Source of the DNA: the human T2T-CHM13v2.0 reference genome, Homo sapiens
Direction: 5' to 3' (one strand)
Assembly: GCF_009914755.1 (NCBI RefSeq)
Contig: NC_060934.1
Length of the DNA: 64,000 nucleotides
Under the pieces are notes generated by a model that worked only from the letters and a program-made list of their open reading frames with translations, was not told where the DNA came from and made no database searches. Positions 1-12,703 of this stretch are shown piece after piece. The stretch's first letter is position 1. Each line of letters begins with the position of its first letter. The translations under genes were made by a program, and so were the position numbers.

Positions 1-293
1 AGAGACATTGAGGATGCTATCTAATCCCATCTGGGCCTCTTCTTTGGTAATTACCGTAAGTCCTACTTAATGGAAGATTGTGGGTTTTTTCCCCTTTGAC
101 TCAGGAACATTCATACTTGCATTTTATTGTGGTCCTTTAGGATTTAGTGTTTCTCTCCCTTTGCATCTGAGTCTTGCATAATTTGAAGGGGTCACATGCA
201 TGTGCGTGTTTGTGAATCTGTGGAATTGGAGGTGAGTGAAGCATAGATGTAGCATCCAGGATTTAATTTTTCTTTTCAATGTCCTTATTTCAG

Positions 294-345
294 GAAAGCC
301 AAGACAAAAATGATCATATTTCTCAAACAAATGCTGAAAACCAAG
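294..345 (+). CDS. WDFY4: WDFY4 internal coding exon (52 nt; ESQDKNDHISQTNAENQ + G)
   Basis: Acceptor ccttatttcAG at 292-293 and donor G|GTATT at 346. The final G joins the AT at the start of the next exon to give Asp, keeping the frame (..AENQ-D-ELTLRE..). Confidence 0.88.
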
Positions 346-632
346 GTATTCAGTTTATCTATTTTTTCCTTTAATAGTTAAGCTAATTATTGGTTTTATT
401 TAATATTTTATTAAAGATATTAAATTAATATTTTAGAAGAGGAAAATGCTATTGTAGCCAGCCCTGGGACTTATTGTTACTGCACTTCCAGAGAGAAGAC
501 AAGTCGATTTCAGCCCTAGACACTTGTTAGGGAAAACATTTTCTATTAAGGTTGCAACAATAACAATTTTTGGGGAGAAACAGTCTTGTCAATTTGCTAT
601 ATCAGGGAGATCTTAAAAGTATTCCCAAACAA

Positions 633-919
<287 letters not shown>

Positions 920-2237
920 AATGACTACTTGTTACTGCTGATCAAACTTTTCTCATTTCCTGACTAATGGATTTGTATTGAGCTTGCTACCTTGCCTGTC
1001 TGCAGTAATACAAGCCCAGAAGTGAGGATCTTGGGCTCTGATCCCCAGGTGATTTGGGGTCTTATTGTGGCACAGAGGATAGGATGATATTGTGATACCT
1101 GTTTGCCTCTCGTCTCTCCACCCCAAGCCCTACAACTCTCACATGGAATGATTGCCTGCCTGCTCCAGCTCCAGAGGTGGGAGTTGCAGAGAGTGCAGTG
1201 GTGGAAAGCATGAACTGATCTTTTTGTGGATGATGGCCATGGGCTGCTGTGTCCTCTCATTCTTGACATGCAGAGCCCCTGGGTGTCTGTGACCCTGGGC
1301 CTTCATGGTATTTCCAGTATGCACCCTGAGTAGGGAGCTCAGCCAAAGGAGAAAAAAGGTCCTGTGGTTCTCCACCATGCCTCTCCTACACACCTCTCCC
1401 TGCATGGGGGAAAGCTATGAGGGTTTGCGTGAGCAGCAGACACTTTCAATCATCCAGTACAGAAAAGATAATGAAAGTAAATGGACCAAATTGTAAACAG
1501 TGGAGCCAAACAGACTAGAGATGAAAAAACCAGACCCTTATCCCAGAGAGACTTTATTCAGATTCTACCTCTAGTTCTTAGAAGCCATATGATCTTGTAC
1601 AAAGTAATTAGCCTGTTTCAGCTTTTCCATTTGTCAAGTGAGGATGAAATAGTATCTCCAACCAAGATGGGACAACATTTTAAAATGTCATCAGAAGTAT
1701 CTGGCACAGAGAAAGGGCTTACTAAATGGGACCTGTTATTATTAGCACTATCTCTGGGTGCATGGGTGAGATTTGTTTTATTTCTCACAACTTCATATCT
1801 TTTCCAAGTTTTTTTTACAATAAAAGGATATTGTTTCTATCATGAGAAAAAACAGCAATATTCAAAGAGTGAATGAAGTGAAATTCAGAGAAAGCAAATC
1901 CTAGCTGGGCCTCTGAGGAGTTGCTTTACTGACTAACGAGGGTGAATTTGGAAATGTTGCCCTGTGGTCACTGGAAGTGGCTGAACAGCTAGGCCTGGGC
2001 ATATCTGGGCCCTCCAGGATAAGTCAACTGGAAGGTATTTTGACCACACCCCAGGGTGCCCCAGATGTGTGGTGTCCATTTCCAGAAGCAGTGGAGGGGC
2101 ACAGTGAGAGATCCACGCTCTTCACTTCGGCCCTGGAGCCTTGCTGCTCCTTGGTGATGTAGGCACATGCTGTGCACCGGCCCTTACCATGTCAGGTGGC
2201 TCCTGTCAACACCACGTGTCCCTTTATGCTGCTGCAG

Positions 2238-2404
2238 ATGAACTGACACTGAGGGAGGCTGAGGGCGAGCCGGACGAGGTGGGGGTGGACTGCACCCAGC
2301 TGACCTTCTTCCCAGCCTTACACGAAAGTCTGCACTCAGAAGACTTCTTGGAACTGTGTCGGGAAAGACAAGTTATTTTACAAGAGCTTCTTGATAAAGA
2401 AAAG
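2238..2404 (+). CDS. WDFY4: WDFY4 internal coding exon (167 nt; DELTLREAEGEPDEVG...QELLDKEK), acidic linker before the PH domain
   Basis: Acceptor ctgcAG at 2236-2237 and donor AAG|GTAATA at 2405. Lies within ORF 2141..2629. Phase 1 in, phase 0 out. Confidence 0.93.
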
Positions 2405-3124
2405 GTAATATACCCCATTGCAATAGCCTTTAAGATTTTTAAGTTAGTTGTTAAGATTGTCAGACAGGAGAAAACCAAGCTTTCGCCACTTACATGGGGA
2501 ATGAGATCTCCATTTGCTATGAAAACTTTCAACACAATAATCAGTGAAAAAAGGGATAGATTCCTAAATTTGTTGGCCCAGAGAAAGAGTGCAAAGGGAA
2601 GTCTATACATCCTGCATCAAAATATTTAATAGGTGTACCACAAACTGTTAAGTGAAAAATACTCTAACTTCCTACTTTGACCTTCATAACAACCTGAAAG
2701 GCAAGTTTCAAGTTGAGAATTCTTGATCTTCTGGCAGTTCAGCATCTTGGCCCCCTGTTTGTGGCCTGACCACCCTGAGAGGTCCCACACCTTGAGGGGT
2801 CTTGGGTGCATGTGTTTGGACACCCCAACCCATATATCCGCACTGTCCCTATGCCTCGGCCTCACCTTGGCCACCACTCAAGCCTAGGGGTAAGCACACT
2901 TGTGGCACCATTAGCCTTCAAAAGGGTGGCTCTGGGGATGAAGTGTACAGGCCCAGGAGGCAGGCTGGGGACCAGGTGGCAGGGAAACCCGGGGTCCTGG
3001 GTGCCTGGAGCTGGGTTGGCGGAGCCCCACTCTTCGTGTGTGTGTCCTCTTGGCCTGGCTGGGGAGGTCCCAGAGAAGGACCCCTCTTCCCCAAGTCTAA
3101 GAATGCAATGGAAGATGAAGCACA

Positions 3125-3290
3125 TGTCTTAGAGTAGAACCGACCTCAGTTCTAGTCCCAACTTGGCCACATATTAAACCGCATGTCACCTAACCGTTGT
3201 CAGCCTCAGTTTTCTCATCTTTAATGTGGAGTTCTGGCCACCATCTGATAACATTCTGCTCAGGCTTAAATGGGCCAATGGAAGTACAGG
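3125..3290 (+). mobile_element. MIR fragment
   Basis: MIR core cagcctcagttttctcatctttaatgtgg; boundaries approximate. Confidence 0.6.
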
Positions 3291-4400
3291 GACTACTTCA
3301 GAGCTGGGCATAAGAGAGGTGCTCATCAAAGGTGAGTTGTTTTCCCTTTCTGAGGGTTGGGTGGTTGAAGGCTTGGTGGATCTCAGGGTCTCTGGGTGAA
3401 TCGGGCTTTTCCATAGGGATATAAGTGAAGGAGATACCCACAGAGGAGCAGGCAGGCTGGGACTGGTGCGCCACAGGGGACACACAGAGATAAATGCACG
3501 AGAGCTGGAGGCTAGTCTGGCCCCAGGGTGAATGGGAGTGGATCTGAACCAAGACCCAGGGACTGAGGGAGAGCCTGGACCTCCAGGAATAGGTCCTAGG
3601 CTCAGAGAACCTGGGAGGGGCATAAGCAAATGAATTGCTTATGAACTTGCTGCAGAACTTTCAGCAAATTGCTTTGCTGTTTTCAGATTTGGGTCACAGT
3701 TCAAGCAATGTAGTCCTGTAACAATGCTGTCCTTATACCTGCATAACCAAAGCTTCCAGACACAGAGCACATTTCCATCATGTGCTCCAACACACCTAGC
3801 CATCATGCCTCCTCATGCAGGTTTGCCTACCTGCAGTGCCCTGCCCACTTGACCCCTGCAACTGACTCTCTGAAGCTGATCTTGACTGCTCCCTGCTCTG
3901 AGACCTGGAGAACTGGCTGGAGAACTAGCTTGTTACTGTCTGTGTCGCCCCCTGCATCACCTCCTGCCTTGCTGCTGGCACGCAGAGTGACCTCAGCGCT
4001 TCACCTGTCCACCTCTGTCACTATGGATCCTCCATACAGGAGGAAACCCTGTTGTCTAACCACAGGCATGCCTGAAGCAGCCAGTCAGTCAACACTGATG
4101 AATGACGTGCTAAATTCATGTGCATTTTATTTTGATAATGGAAGTATCATATATCTACTATGTGAAATTTTGATAAATGGATATTAAAATATATAACACA
4201 TGTATGCATAAGTGTATATTCATAATATCCAGTTGCTGAGGACTAACGGCAGATCATAACAGTTGGGATATATCAATATATTAATATGCTCATATAGGTA
4301 AGTGGATATTTAGTAAATACCTTGTCCATTGAAAAAACAGCTAAGACGTCAATGCTTTCTTTCCTTAAAAACTTTTCTTTGCTTTATGCCCTTAAAGGAG

Positions 4401-4574
4401 CAGCCGTTCTCAACTGGGGGCAACTCTACCCCACAAGGAACCCTTGCCAATGTCTGGAGACATTTTTAATTGCCATGGCCAGGGCGAGAGGATGCTCCTG
4501 GTGTCTAGTGGGCAGAGGCCAGGGCTACTGCTGGGCACCCTACGTTGTCTATGGTGGCAAGTCTGAGAACTGTG
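4401..4574 (+). mobile_element. MER20 (hAT-Charlie DNA transposon fossil)
   Basis: cagccgttctcaactggggg...gccaatgtctggagacattttt...tctagtgggcagaggccagg...tgagaac. Confidence 0.8.
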
Positions 4575-4692
4575 TCAGAAAGGATCCATAGTAAACAGAT
4601 ATCATGCTCCAGCTACACCTGCCTGCTTTCCTGATTATGTGGTGTCTCCATATTGGTTCTTTTCATTGCTTTAATAGGAGAACAATGGCAGT

Positions 4693-5285
4693 GCTTTATA
4701 TTCGCTTTCTATCTCTGCCAGAAGAAATTACCACAAACATAGTGATTTTAACGCAATGCACATTTATTATCTCGAAAGTCTTGGCACAGTGGGGCTCAGC
4801 AGATTCTCTGCTAGAGCCTCAGATGGCTGCAGCCAAGGCATTTGTGGGGCCTCATGTCTTTCCAGAGCCTCTGAGAAGGCATCCTTTCCAAGCTCGTTCC
4901 AGTGCTGGCAGAATCCACGTTCCTGCTTCTGTAGGTCTGAGCTCCTGTTCCCTGCCTGCTGGCTGCCAGGGTTCATCTGTTTCTTGGGGTGCCCACCTCC
5001 CTTACCCTGTGGCCCTTCCTCCTTTCATTTCCTGCAGTGGGTGGTACCCTTCTCACCCTTCATATCCTTCTTGCCCCCTCTGCCTCCCGCTCCCCCAACA
5101 CCACCTCTCTGACCAACTCTGCTGCTGCCTAGGGCGCAGGGGATGGCACTAACTCACACATAATCCAGGGTCACATCCCTGTTTTAAGGTCAGCTGATTC
5201 GTAACCTTGATTTTATCTGCAAAGTCCCTTCAGAGCAGTGTGGGTGTTGGATGGGACAGCCTCCTGGGGGCTTCTCTGGAATATG
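4693..5285 (-). mobile_element. MLT1-type MaLR LTR
   Basis: aaattaccacaaacatagtg...catttattatctc and ataatccagggtcacatccc...tctgcaaagtccctt are characteristic; ends approximate. Confidence 0.65.
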
Positions 5286-6190
5286 AGCACCACTCAGGCT
5301 GCTGCCCCCCAGGGCAGGTCCTTGGCCTCCTAGGAGAGCCTTTGTAGGTGGCCTGACTCCCTCAGGCATCCAAGGCTGGCCTGGGAGTTTTCACCCTGGC
5401 TAGGCTGAAGTTTATGGTCAGGGACCCGAGTGAGTCCCAGCCCCGCCTCTTGCAGCCTGCAGGTGCCTTTGACACTTGTCCTGTCTCTGAGAGTCTTGTT
5501 TTTGTTGACTGTCCACCAGGTGACATTTTCCTCAGGGATCTTGCTGGGGGAGCGGCAAGAGTCTGAAGCCCCCAGGTGACTGACTTTCCAGCCTCTGAAG
5601 CAGGACAGAACCAGGAAGGGGATCCTCTCCCATCTGCCCCTCCCTGCCTTTTGTTTAAGTTTCAGTCTTCCTTGGCCTTCCCGTGGCTCAGCGGGAAGCT
5701 GTCAGAAATGCCACACACTGTTTGCTGTGCCAGTGGGGATCCGCAGGATGTGCAGACAGGAGCATGTGGAACCCGGTGGGCGGTCGGGAGGGGAAAGAGC
5801 AGGAGCTGTCCTGCTTCCACTTGGCACCCGGTGGCCAGTACATTCAGAAGGGAGGGACCCTGTGTGAGGTTCGGCTCCTGGCCCAGAGGACTGGGCAGAG
5901 TGACCCTTGCCATTATCTAGGCATCCGTCCTTGCCTGAGATGTCTCTATGCATTTTATGGGGCTATGCTTGCTGCCTCTGGCTTCATGGGGAATTGTGGG
6001 AAAGGCTGGCTCCCAAGCTCAGTTTCCCCAGGGTCAGTGAAGCCAAACCACCAGGCACGCCTGCTTCTGGAGATGCAGGCCCGGGGAGGTGGGGGCAGGG
6101 CAGGGTCCCTGGTGAGGGGAGGGTGGAGGCTACAGGCAGGGGTGGGGTAAAAACCCTGCCCAATTCTAATTCTCTTGCCTCCACTTACAG

Positions 6191-6203
6191 GCCTAGTGAC
6201 CAG
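6191..6203 (+). other. Candidate 13-nt cryptic microexon carrying a premature stop
   Basis: Branch-like TTCTAAT (6164-6170), pyrimidine tract, acAG|GCCTAGTGACCAG|GTAAGTA. Confidence 0.35.
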
Positions 6204-7685
6204 GTAAGTAAGAGAACCATTCCCCAGCCTCCTTTCTGTTATCTTTAGAATGGGGTTCTACTCCTGGTCTCACTGGTTTGTGGCAAAGATTGACATGGGG
6301 CTGTGTCTCTGTCTGAGACTGTGCCCTGTGAGGAGGCAGCTCTCAGTCTCTGGCATCTGCTGTTACTGCTCTGGCTGTTGCTGTTCCTTTCATAGCCCCA
6401 TAGGATTTGTTCTCACTCTCCCAGAAGTAAGAAGGGGCGTTGGAAGAACCCTGGTACCTATGGCATGGCCCAAGGGCCGTGTCAAGGGAAGGATGAAGGA
6501 TCCTGTTAAGACTGAGGCTCCTGTGAGGCAAGGAACTGTGTGTCTTGGGGAAATGCTGTGGGGAGTGCTTGGATAGATGGGAAACTCTGGGGGTCTCCAT
6601 GGGTCTGGTTGTCCTGCCGAGATGGTGGAGGATGAGACAGAGGGTCACAGTGGAGCCCATGAGAGGCCTGACCAGCTGGAATGGGGTTCCTGCAGAGTGC
6701 CAACACTCAAACCAAACACAAGGTTTTGGGAAAAAGAGGGAAGTTGCTGGGTTGAGGCCTGGACTGATGTGTGGTGAAATCAAGGAGGTCCCTAAACTGA
6801 AAGCACCAGGCAGGGAAGAACATAAGAAAGCAGGCCCCAGGAATTCACATGAATCAGAAAAATCCTCGAACCAGAGGAGCACCCTTCTGCTCTAGACTGG
6901 AGAGCTCTGTGGAGTGGGGTCCTGGCTGGCTGGTGGGACATATGGGGCCTCTCTGTGGCCTGGCACTTCTCCTCCCCCTCACACCTCCACCAGCCAGGTC
7001 CACACAGTCCCATGCCCATTCACTCTTGTCTCCCAGCCTGGCGGCCTCCTGGGTGAACCTGTCCTGGTGCGCCCATCCCCAGCATACTCCCACCCCAGAG
7101 CATAGCTGGTGGATCCATCCCCTGGGCCTACCCCAGCCCCCTCTTATTGCCTGACTGATGATTTCTGAGCCTTCCTATGGTTTCTCTGAAGGCAAGGAGA
7201 GACTTAGCTTCCTCCTCGTCCCTTCCTTCCCTGATACATAGGGTGAGTGCTTGGGAACAATCTGCAGACCAGGTGAGCTCAGCCTGACAGGGCAGCAGGA
7301 ATCAGGAGGTCCTCCAGGGGAGCCAACCTGCAGCCAGGCCTGGGTCTGCTCACATGCCTTAGGACCCAGCTTGAGGGAGGGCATGCCCTGGGGGAACCTG
7401 GGTCTTGGGGGAGCCTGCTCTGGGGTGGGGAGGGTCTTGACTGGACTGGAGCAGGCTGCCACAACACCACCACCATGGAGGGAGCAGCCAGTCATTTGTG
7501 CCCAGGAGGGCAGCTTGGCACAGGGCAAAGTGCATAGGCTGGTTTGAGAACCTCATTCTGCTATTTGTTTGTTGCTATTAATATTATTATTAGCAAAATG
7601 TCAACAGCTAGATGTCAGAAGCCCTTGCCTTGTGTGATCTTCATGCACTGTCTCATTCAGCCTCACCATGGTCCTGTGAGGCAGG

Positions 7686-8087
7686 TGTGTTAGTCCATTT
7701 GAGTTGCTATAAAGGAATTCCTGAGATGGGGTAATTTATAATGAAAAGAGGTTTAGTTGGCTCACAGTCCGCAGGGTGTACACAAAACGTGGTGCTGACA
7801 TCTGCTTTTGGTGAGGCCTCAGGAAGCTTCCAGTCATGGTGGAAGGTGAATGGGAGCCAGCGCATCACATAGTGAGAGAGGCAGCAAGAGAGAGAGGGAG
7901 GAGGGGCCAGGCTCTTTCAAATAACCAGATCTCAGCTGAACTCTCGGAGAACTCATTCATTACAGCAAGGACAGCACCAAGACATTTACAAGGGATCTGC
8001 CCCCATCATTCAAACAGCTCCCTCTAGCCCACACTTCCAACACTTAAGGCCACATGAGATTTGGAACAAAACATCCAGACTGTATCA
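7686..8087 (-). mobile_element. MST (MaLR) solo LTR inserted into a MIR
   Basis: tgtgttagtccattt...tgtatca with TG...CA termini, flanked by gcagg/ggagg (near-match 5-bp TSD). MIR-like sequence lies on both sides. Confidence 0.85.
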
Positions 8088-9672
8088 GGAGGCTTTGTTA
8101 TTTCCATTGCAAAGATGGCAAAAACAGAGCCCAGGGTGGCTACTCACTGGAATTGCTAGGATTTGACCTCAGATCTCTCTTATTCTCAGTTCATGTGTTT
8201 TCGTCCCCTCTCTACTGCCTCCCAGCTCACTGTGTTGGACAAGTTACATAACCTTTCCAGCACCCTGTCCCTCAGCAGCCGGCTGTTATTGGGCTTGGAG
8301 TTGTGGCTCCTGGCCCCATGTGCTTTCTCTATAACTGTTCCAGTTAAAGCTGGTGCAAGGAGGCCTTCAGGTCTCTCACCAACATGGCATCTCTGCCTGG
8401 GATGCAACATGCCAAGCAGGTGCCTACCTGCCCTCCTGCATGTGCCTGGAGGGCCCCTGGTCCACTGTGGCCTTATCCCTGGACCACTATGGTTTTGTGT
8501 CAAGGACAGGAACTTGAGGCCAAGGAAAGGAGGATGGGTGCATTGATTGTTGACCCGTGAACATGTTCAGGCAAATAGAAAGTTTGTGCAAGGGGTGTGT
8601 GTGTGTGTGTGTGTGTTACTCTCTACATTCCCCAGGCTGGTACAATTAGCCTATGTTGAGGCATTTTTTAGCAAGTGTTGGTTGTAAGCTGGGACTTCCC
8701 GTAATTCAGATGTCATTGTGAGACTTTGTGGGCCTTGTACTTTTTCTAAATTTCTAAGCGAAACATGCCCACGATAGGGGCATGGCAGGACTGTGTGCAT
8801 GCTCCTACAACAGAGTCCCCACTCCTCCTCCCCTACCGTCTCAGAAATGCTTGATCATATGGCCTTTGCTGGACACATGGCACAGGAGACTTTCCAGGGC
8901 ATGACTGCTTTTCAGGCATCTGGGTGGCATGCCTCTGGCAGAAGCCTCTGGAGCTGCAGGCATCATCCTGGCCCTGGGGGATGCTGGTGGTGCCGGGGCT
9001 AGGGTGGCAGCAGCTTAACTCATTTCTTTGTGTGAACGTTGGAGTTCTGGTTGCCTCTAGTGATACCTGGGATGGTAATTATTCAACTATTCTGTGCCAC
9101 CTCTGCATCATTGATTAATGATTCCCAGGACTACAAACGCATTTCTCTGCAAACAGCTCTGTTTGACTTGAGGAGTGACTGATTTAATGCATATTAATTG
9201 TGGGCTCATGCCAGTTACCACGTGGCTGGGGATGTCCCTTGTACAGCTTCCAGAACCAGTCCAGAGTCAGTCCTCAAGTGAAGGTTTGCTTTTGTTATTG
9301 TTCTTTGATTACATGAAAAATTAAACATCTGATTTTTTTTTCATACAAACTCAATGTAAAATATGAGTTTGACCTTGGTAGAAATGATCCGCTCAAAGGG
9401 AAAGACATTTTCCTCTGGATTGCAGAGAGTGGCATCTTCTACAAGCTCCTCCCAGGTATCTTTAGCTGAGGCTGTTTGTAGAAGGTGAGGGTGGGTGTTA
9501 ACCTTTATATGCAGTAACTTCCTGTCTTTCTGAATCTCCATGACTTTCTGAAATGCAAACAACACATGTCATTCCTACTTAATATTTCTGAGACGCTGGT
9601 TAGCATTCTTCATATGCAAGGCCATTCCAGAGCTGGCCTTGTAGTTTCCCTGGACTAACTTCCCTTATCCTT

Positions 9673-9841
9673 ACACATGCGCATAAACACACACACATGC
9701 ATGCACAGACACACATGTGCAACCACATGCACACACATACATGTGTGCATACACACATGCACACACACATGCACACCTGATGCGTGTACACATATGCATA
9801 CACATACACATGTGTGCACGTGCACACACACACATACACAC
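9673..9841. repeat. Degenerate (CA)n/(CATG)n alternating purine-pyrimidine tract
   Basis: Directly visible, about 170 bp. Confidence 0.9.
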
Positions 9842-9899
9842 CCCTCTGACTTTTTAATTATACAGAACTACCTATAATTTCCAAAATTTCCGGCTGGTT

Positions 9900-10242
9900 C
9901 AATACTTTGTGCCTTGGAATGCTCCTCCCCTGTTTTTTTATCTTTGTAACTCCTAACTCCAGACTTGGAGTCACCTCCTCAGGAACCGTTTCTCTGGTGT
10001 CACCGCTGCCGCCTCTTCCATCTCAGTCTGAGTGAGACACACTCCTGTGTGCTCCCAGAGCACCTGTGCTTTTCCTTCCACACTGCTGGGAGAGCTGATA
10101 TCCTGCTCTCTTTCTTTCCTGTTAGGTTGTAAACATCTTAAAGGCATGTCTTATTTTCCTTTGTGCCTCCCAGGGAGTGGGGCATATGCTAAACATTTAA
10201 TATGTACCTGTTAAATAAATGAATGAACAAATAGATGAGTGA
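9900..10242 (+). mobile_element. L2 3' end fragment
   Basis: gccttggaatgctcctccc...ends in the L2-type tail aaataaatgaatgaac. Confidence 0.6.
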
Positions 10243-10310
10243 ATTATGGGCAATATGCTGACACCAGATGAAACCTTTTTTTTTTCTTAGCCTAGCTGGT
10301 GCCCAACGGT

Positions 10311-10490
10311 CGGTTTCTTAGTGTATGGGCTTCAGATCACCTGCATCAGAATCTTCTGGGTTGCTTAATAAAATTCACATTCTAGGGCCCTACTTTGCAC
10401 CTGTTGAATTGAAACTTCTGGGGATGTAGCCTGGGAATATGAATTTTATCAAGCTGTGCAGGTGATTCTCATACATACTAACTTTTCAAA
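10311..10490. mobile_element. MER5-family DNA transposon fossil
   Basis: cacctgcatcagaatc...gaattgaaacttctgggg...caggtgattct. Confidence 0.7.
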
Positions 10491-10921
10491 TAAATGCCCC
10501 AAATCCATGAGTCCAAGTTTTACAATATTCAGAGCTACCCTGGCTAAAAATGCGCTCCAATTTTAAGCAGTTGCCAATGATCAGTCCTTAGTGAACACAG
10601 GTTATGGTGAGCATTGTGCTTTGAACAGTCCTTGGGTCTTGTAACATGTTTCACATTTCACTGGTGCAACCAAACAAGAGCAAAGGTATTGCCATTTCCA
10701 CCTGGTCTTCTCCATGTCTGCAGAGAAAGATTGGAGGTGTGGCTGTCTGCAGGCTGTCTGTGGAAGTGACACATGCAGGCAGGCAGGGGGCATCCCTGCT
10801 CCTTGTCTCAACCTGAGATGTACTTACGTGAAAAGATCGATGCATCATTACATTCCTTTCTATATTTCCCAAATTAATATATATGTGTATATATGTAAAA
10901 TATAAAACAATAAGGAGATGT

Positions 10922-10988
10922 TCTCTCTCTCTCTCTCTCTATATATATATAGATAGATAGGTAGATAGATAGATAAATAGATAGATAG
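10922..10988. repeat. Compound microsatellite (TC)n(TA)n(GATA)n flanked by an 18-bp perfect inverted repeat
   Basis: Arms at 10903-10920 and 10989-11006 are exact reverse complements. Confidence 0.92.
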
Positions 10989-11549
10989 CATCTCCTTATT
11001 GTTTTAACATACATTCCTTTGATTATTAGTATGACGAATTCTCTGTCTAAATACATTTAAGATAGAAAAAAGTAGATACTAGAGCTCATAGATGACCAAA
11101 TATAGCCTTTTGCCTCTTTGATACTTGACTTTTTCTCAGCAATCTGTGCTTTTCTAAAAAATAAGAATACTTATTCCATATGCCAATACTATTAGAATGT
11201 ATTCAGAACAAGGTTGAGGCAAGCAGAGATGTAGGAAGAGGGCAGATGATAAATGGGAGCAGGGCTAAAGCTTTCTTTGCAGCAGACTCACTCACCGTAC
11301 ACACAAACGTAAGGGAATGCATATATTGGCAGCTCTGTTGCTGGGTACCTTCAGTCACCTCTCTGGACCTCAGTTTTCCTACCTATAAAATCAGGGTATT
11401 TCACCAAGTTGCAGACTGCTAATGCTAGAGAAAACTTTAGAGAGTATCCGGTTGACCTTGCCCATTATAGATGTACCACTGAGGCCTGACTTTAGAAGAA
11501 TGTGCTGCTGTGTGCTACCACTGAATGTCCCAGTAGATTGTTGTCTCCC

Positions 11550-11935
11550 TGCTATGGTTTGAATGTCCCCCAAAATTCTTGTGTTGGAAACTTAATTGCC
11601 ATTGTAACAGTATTAAGAGATGGGGTCTTTAAGAAGTGATTAGGCCATGAGAGCATGACCCTCATGAATAGATTAATGCCATTATTGCAGGAATGGGTTC
11701 ATTATTATGGGAGTGGGATCCTGATAAAAAGGATAAGTTCAGCCCCATTTCTGTCTCTGTCTTGCATGCTCACTTCCAGCTTCCGCCCTTCCATCATGGG
11801 GTGACCCTCACTAGATGCCAGTGCCATGCTCTGGGACTTCCTGTCCACCAGAACCAATAGCCAAATAAACATTTATCTTTATAAATTACCCAGTCTGGGG
11901 TATTCTGTTATAGCAGCAGATAATGGACTAAGACA
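11550..11935 (+). mobile_element. MST (MSTD-like) solo LTR
   Basis: tgctatggtttgaatgtcccc...aataaac...ataaattacccagtc...ggactaagaca. Confidence 0.85.
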
Positions 11936-12703
11936 CCTTCTAACTTTAGCTCCAGCATTTTGTTGATTTCTGGACAACCTGTTTGTCATCATACACAGAG
12001 CTAGCTGTGGCTACTTTCTTAGTTATTTTACCCATCAAGAGTGCTAATATATCATTCAGTTGATCTTAAAAAAGCTCTACTTATGAGGCAAAAGTTCTAC
12101 TCTTTAAAGTGATCAATAGAATCATGGCATAAGGGATTTCTTAATCATGAGTAAACTTAGGGATGGAGCCCTCCTAGGGCTAATTTAAATGGAAGAGCAG
12201 GTAATAGTTCACTTGGGTTCATTTTCTAGTTTTTAAAATGCCATTTCTTTTCTAGCAGAATCAATGTTTAAGCTATTAACCCAGCTCTCACCAGACATTT
12301 TTCTTGTGGTTTGGCTTATTCTGGTTGATACTTAAGTCTTCCCAAAGGGAAGCACCAGATCATAGGCATGTGCTCTGAGACCCTGGTGCAGGCACCATGG
12401 AGGCTGTGGTGGGGGCCTGGTGTCACAGGGAGGAGAGAGGGTTTGGAGGCACATAGGCCAGGGCTGGCATTGCAGAGCCACATCATCTCATCATGTGAAC
12501 CTGAGGTTGGGGTCTCTGAGTCTCATCTGGGAAAAGGTACAATAAGAGAAAAAGTTTAAGCAGCCTGACATAATCTTCCTGATAGTCCTGGTGGGAGTGT
12601 AAATTAGTGTCACCTTGTGGGAGGGTAATCTGGCAATGGCTACTTGAATTAAAAATGCCCATACCCTTGACCTGCAATTCTGCTTATAGAAATTTATGCT
12701 TCA

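Noticed and set aside
3264-4305. Isolated strong donors (AAG|GTGAGT at 3332, TAG|GTAAGT at 4298)
   Set aside because: The upstream acceptors are weak, and lone donor matches are frequent in introns.
4604-5152. 182-aa ORF
   Set aside because: Lies within an MLT1 LTR; no recognisable domain or splice support.
5576-7556. Dense cluster of overlapping 60-180 aa ORFs on both strands
   Set aside because: Expected in GC-rich, stop-poor intron sequence; the translations are not protein-like.
9600-9877. Cys/Val- and His/Thr-rich ORFs (also around 53163..53867)
   Set aside because: Translations of CA/TG microsatellites.
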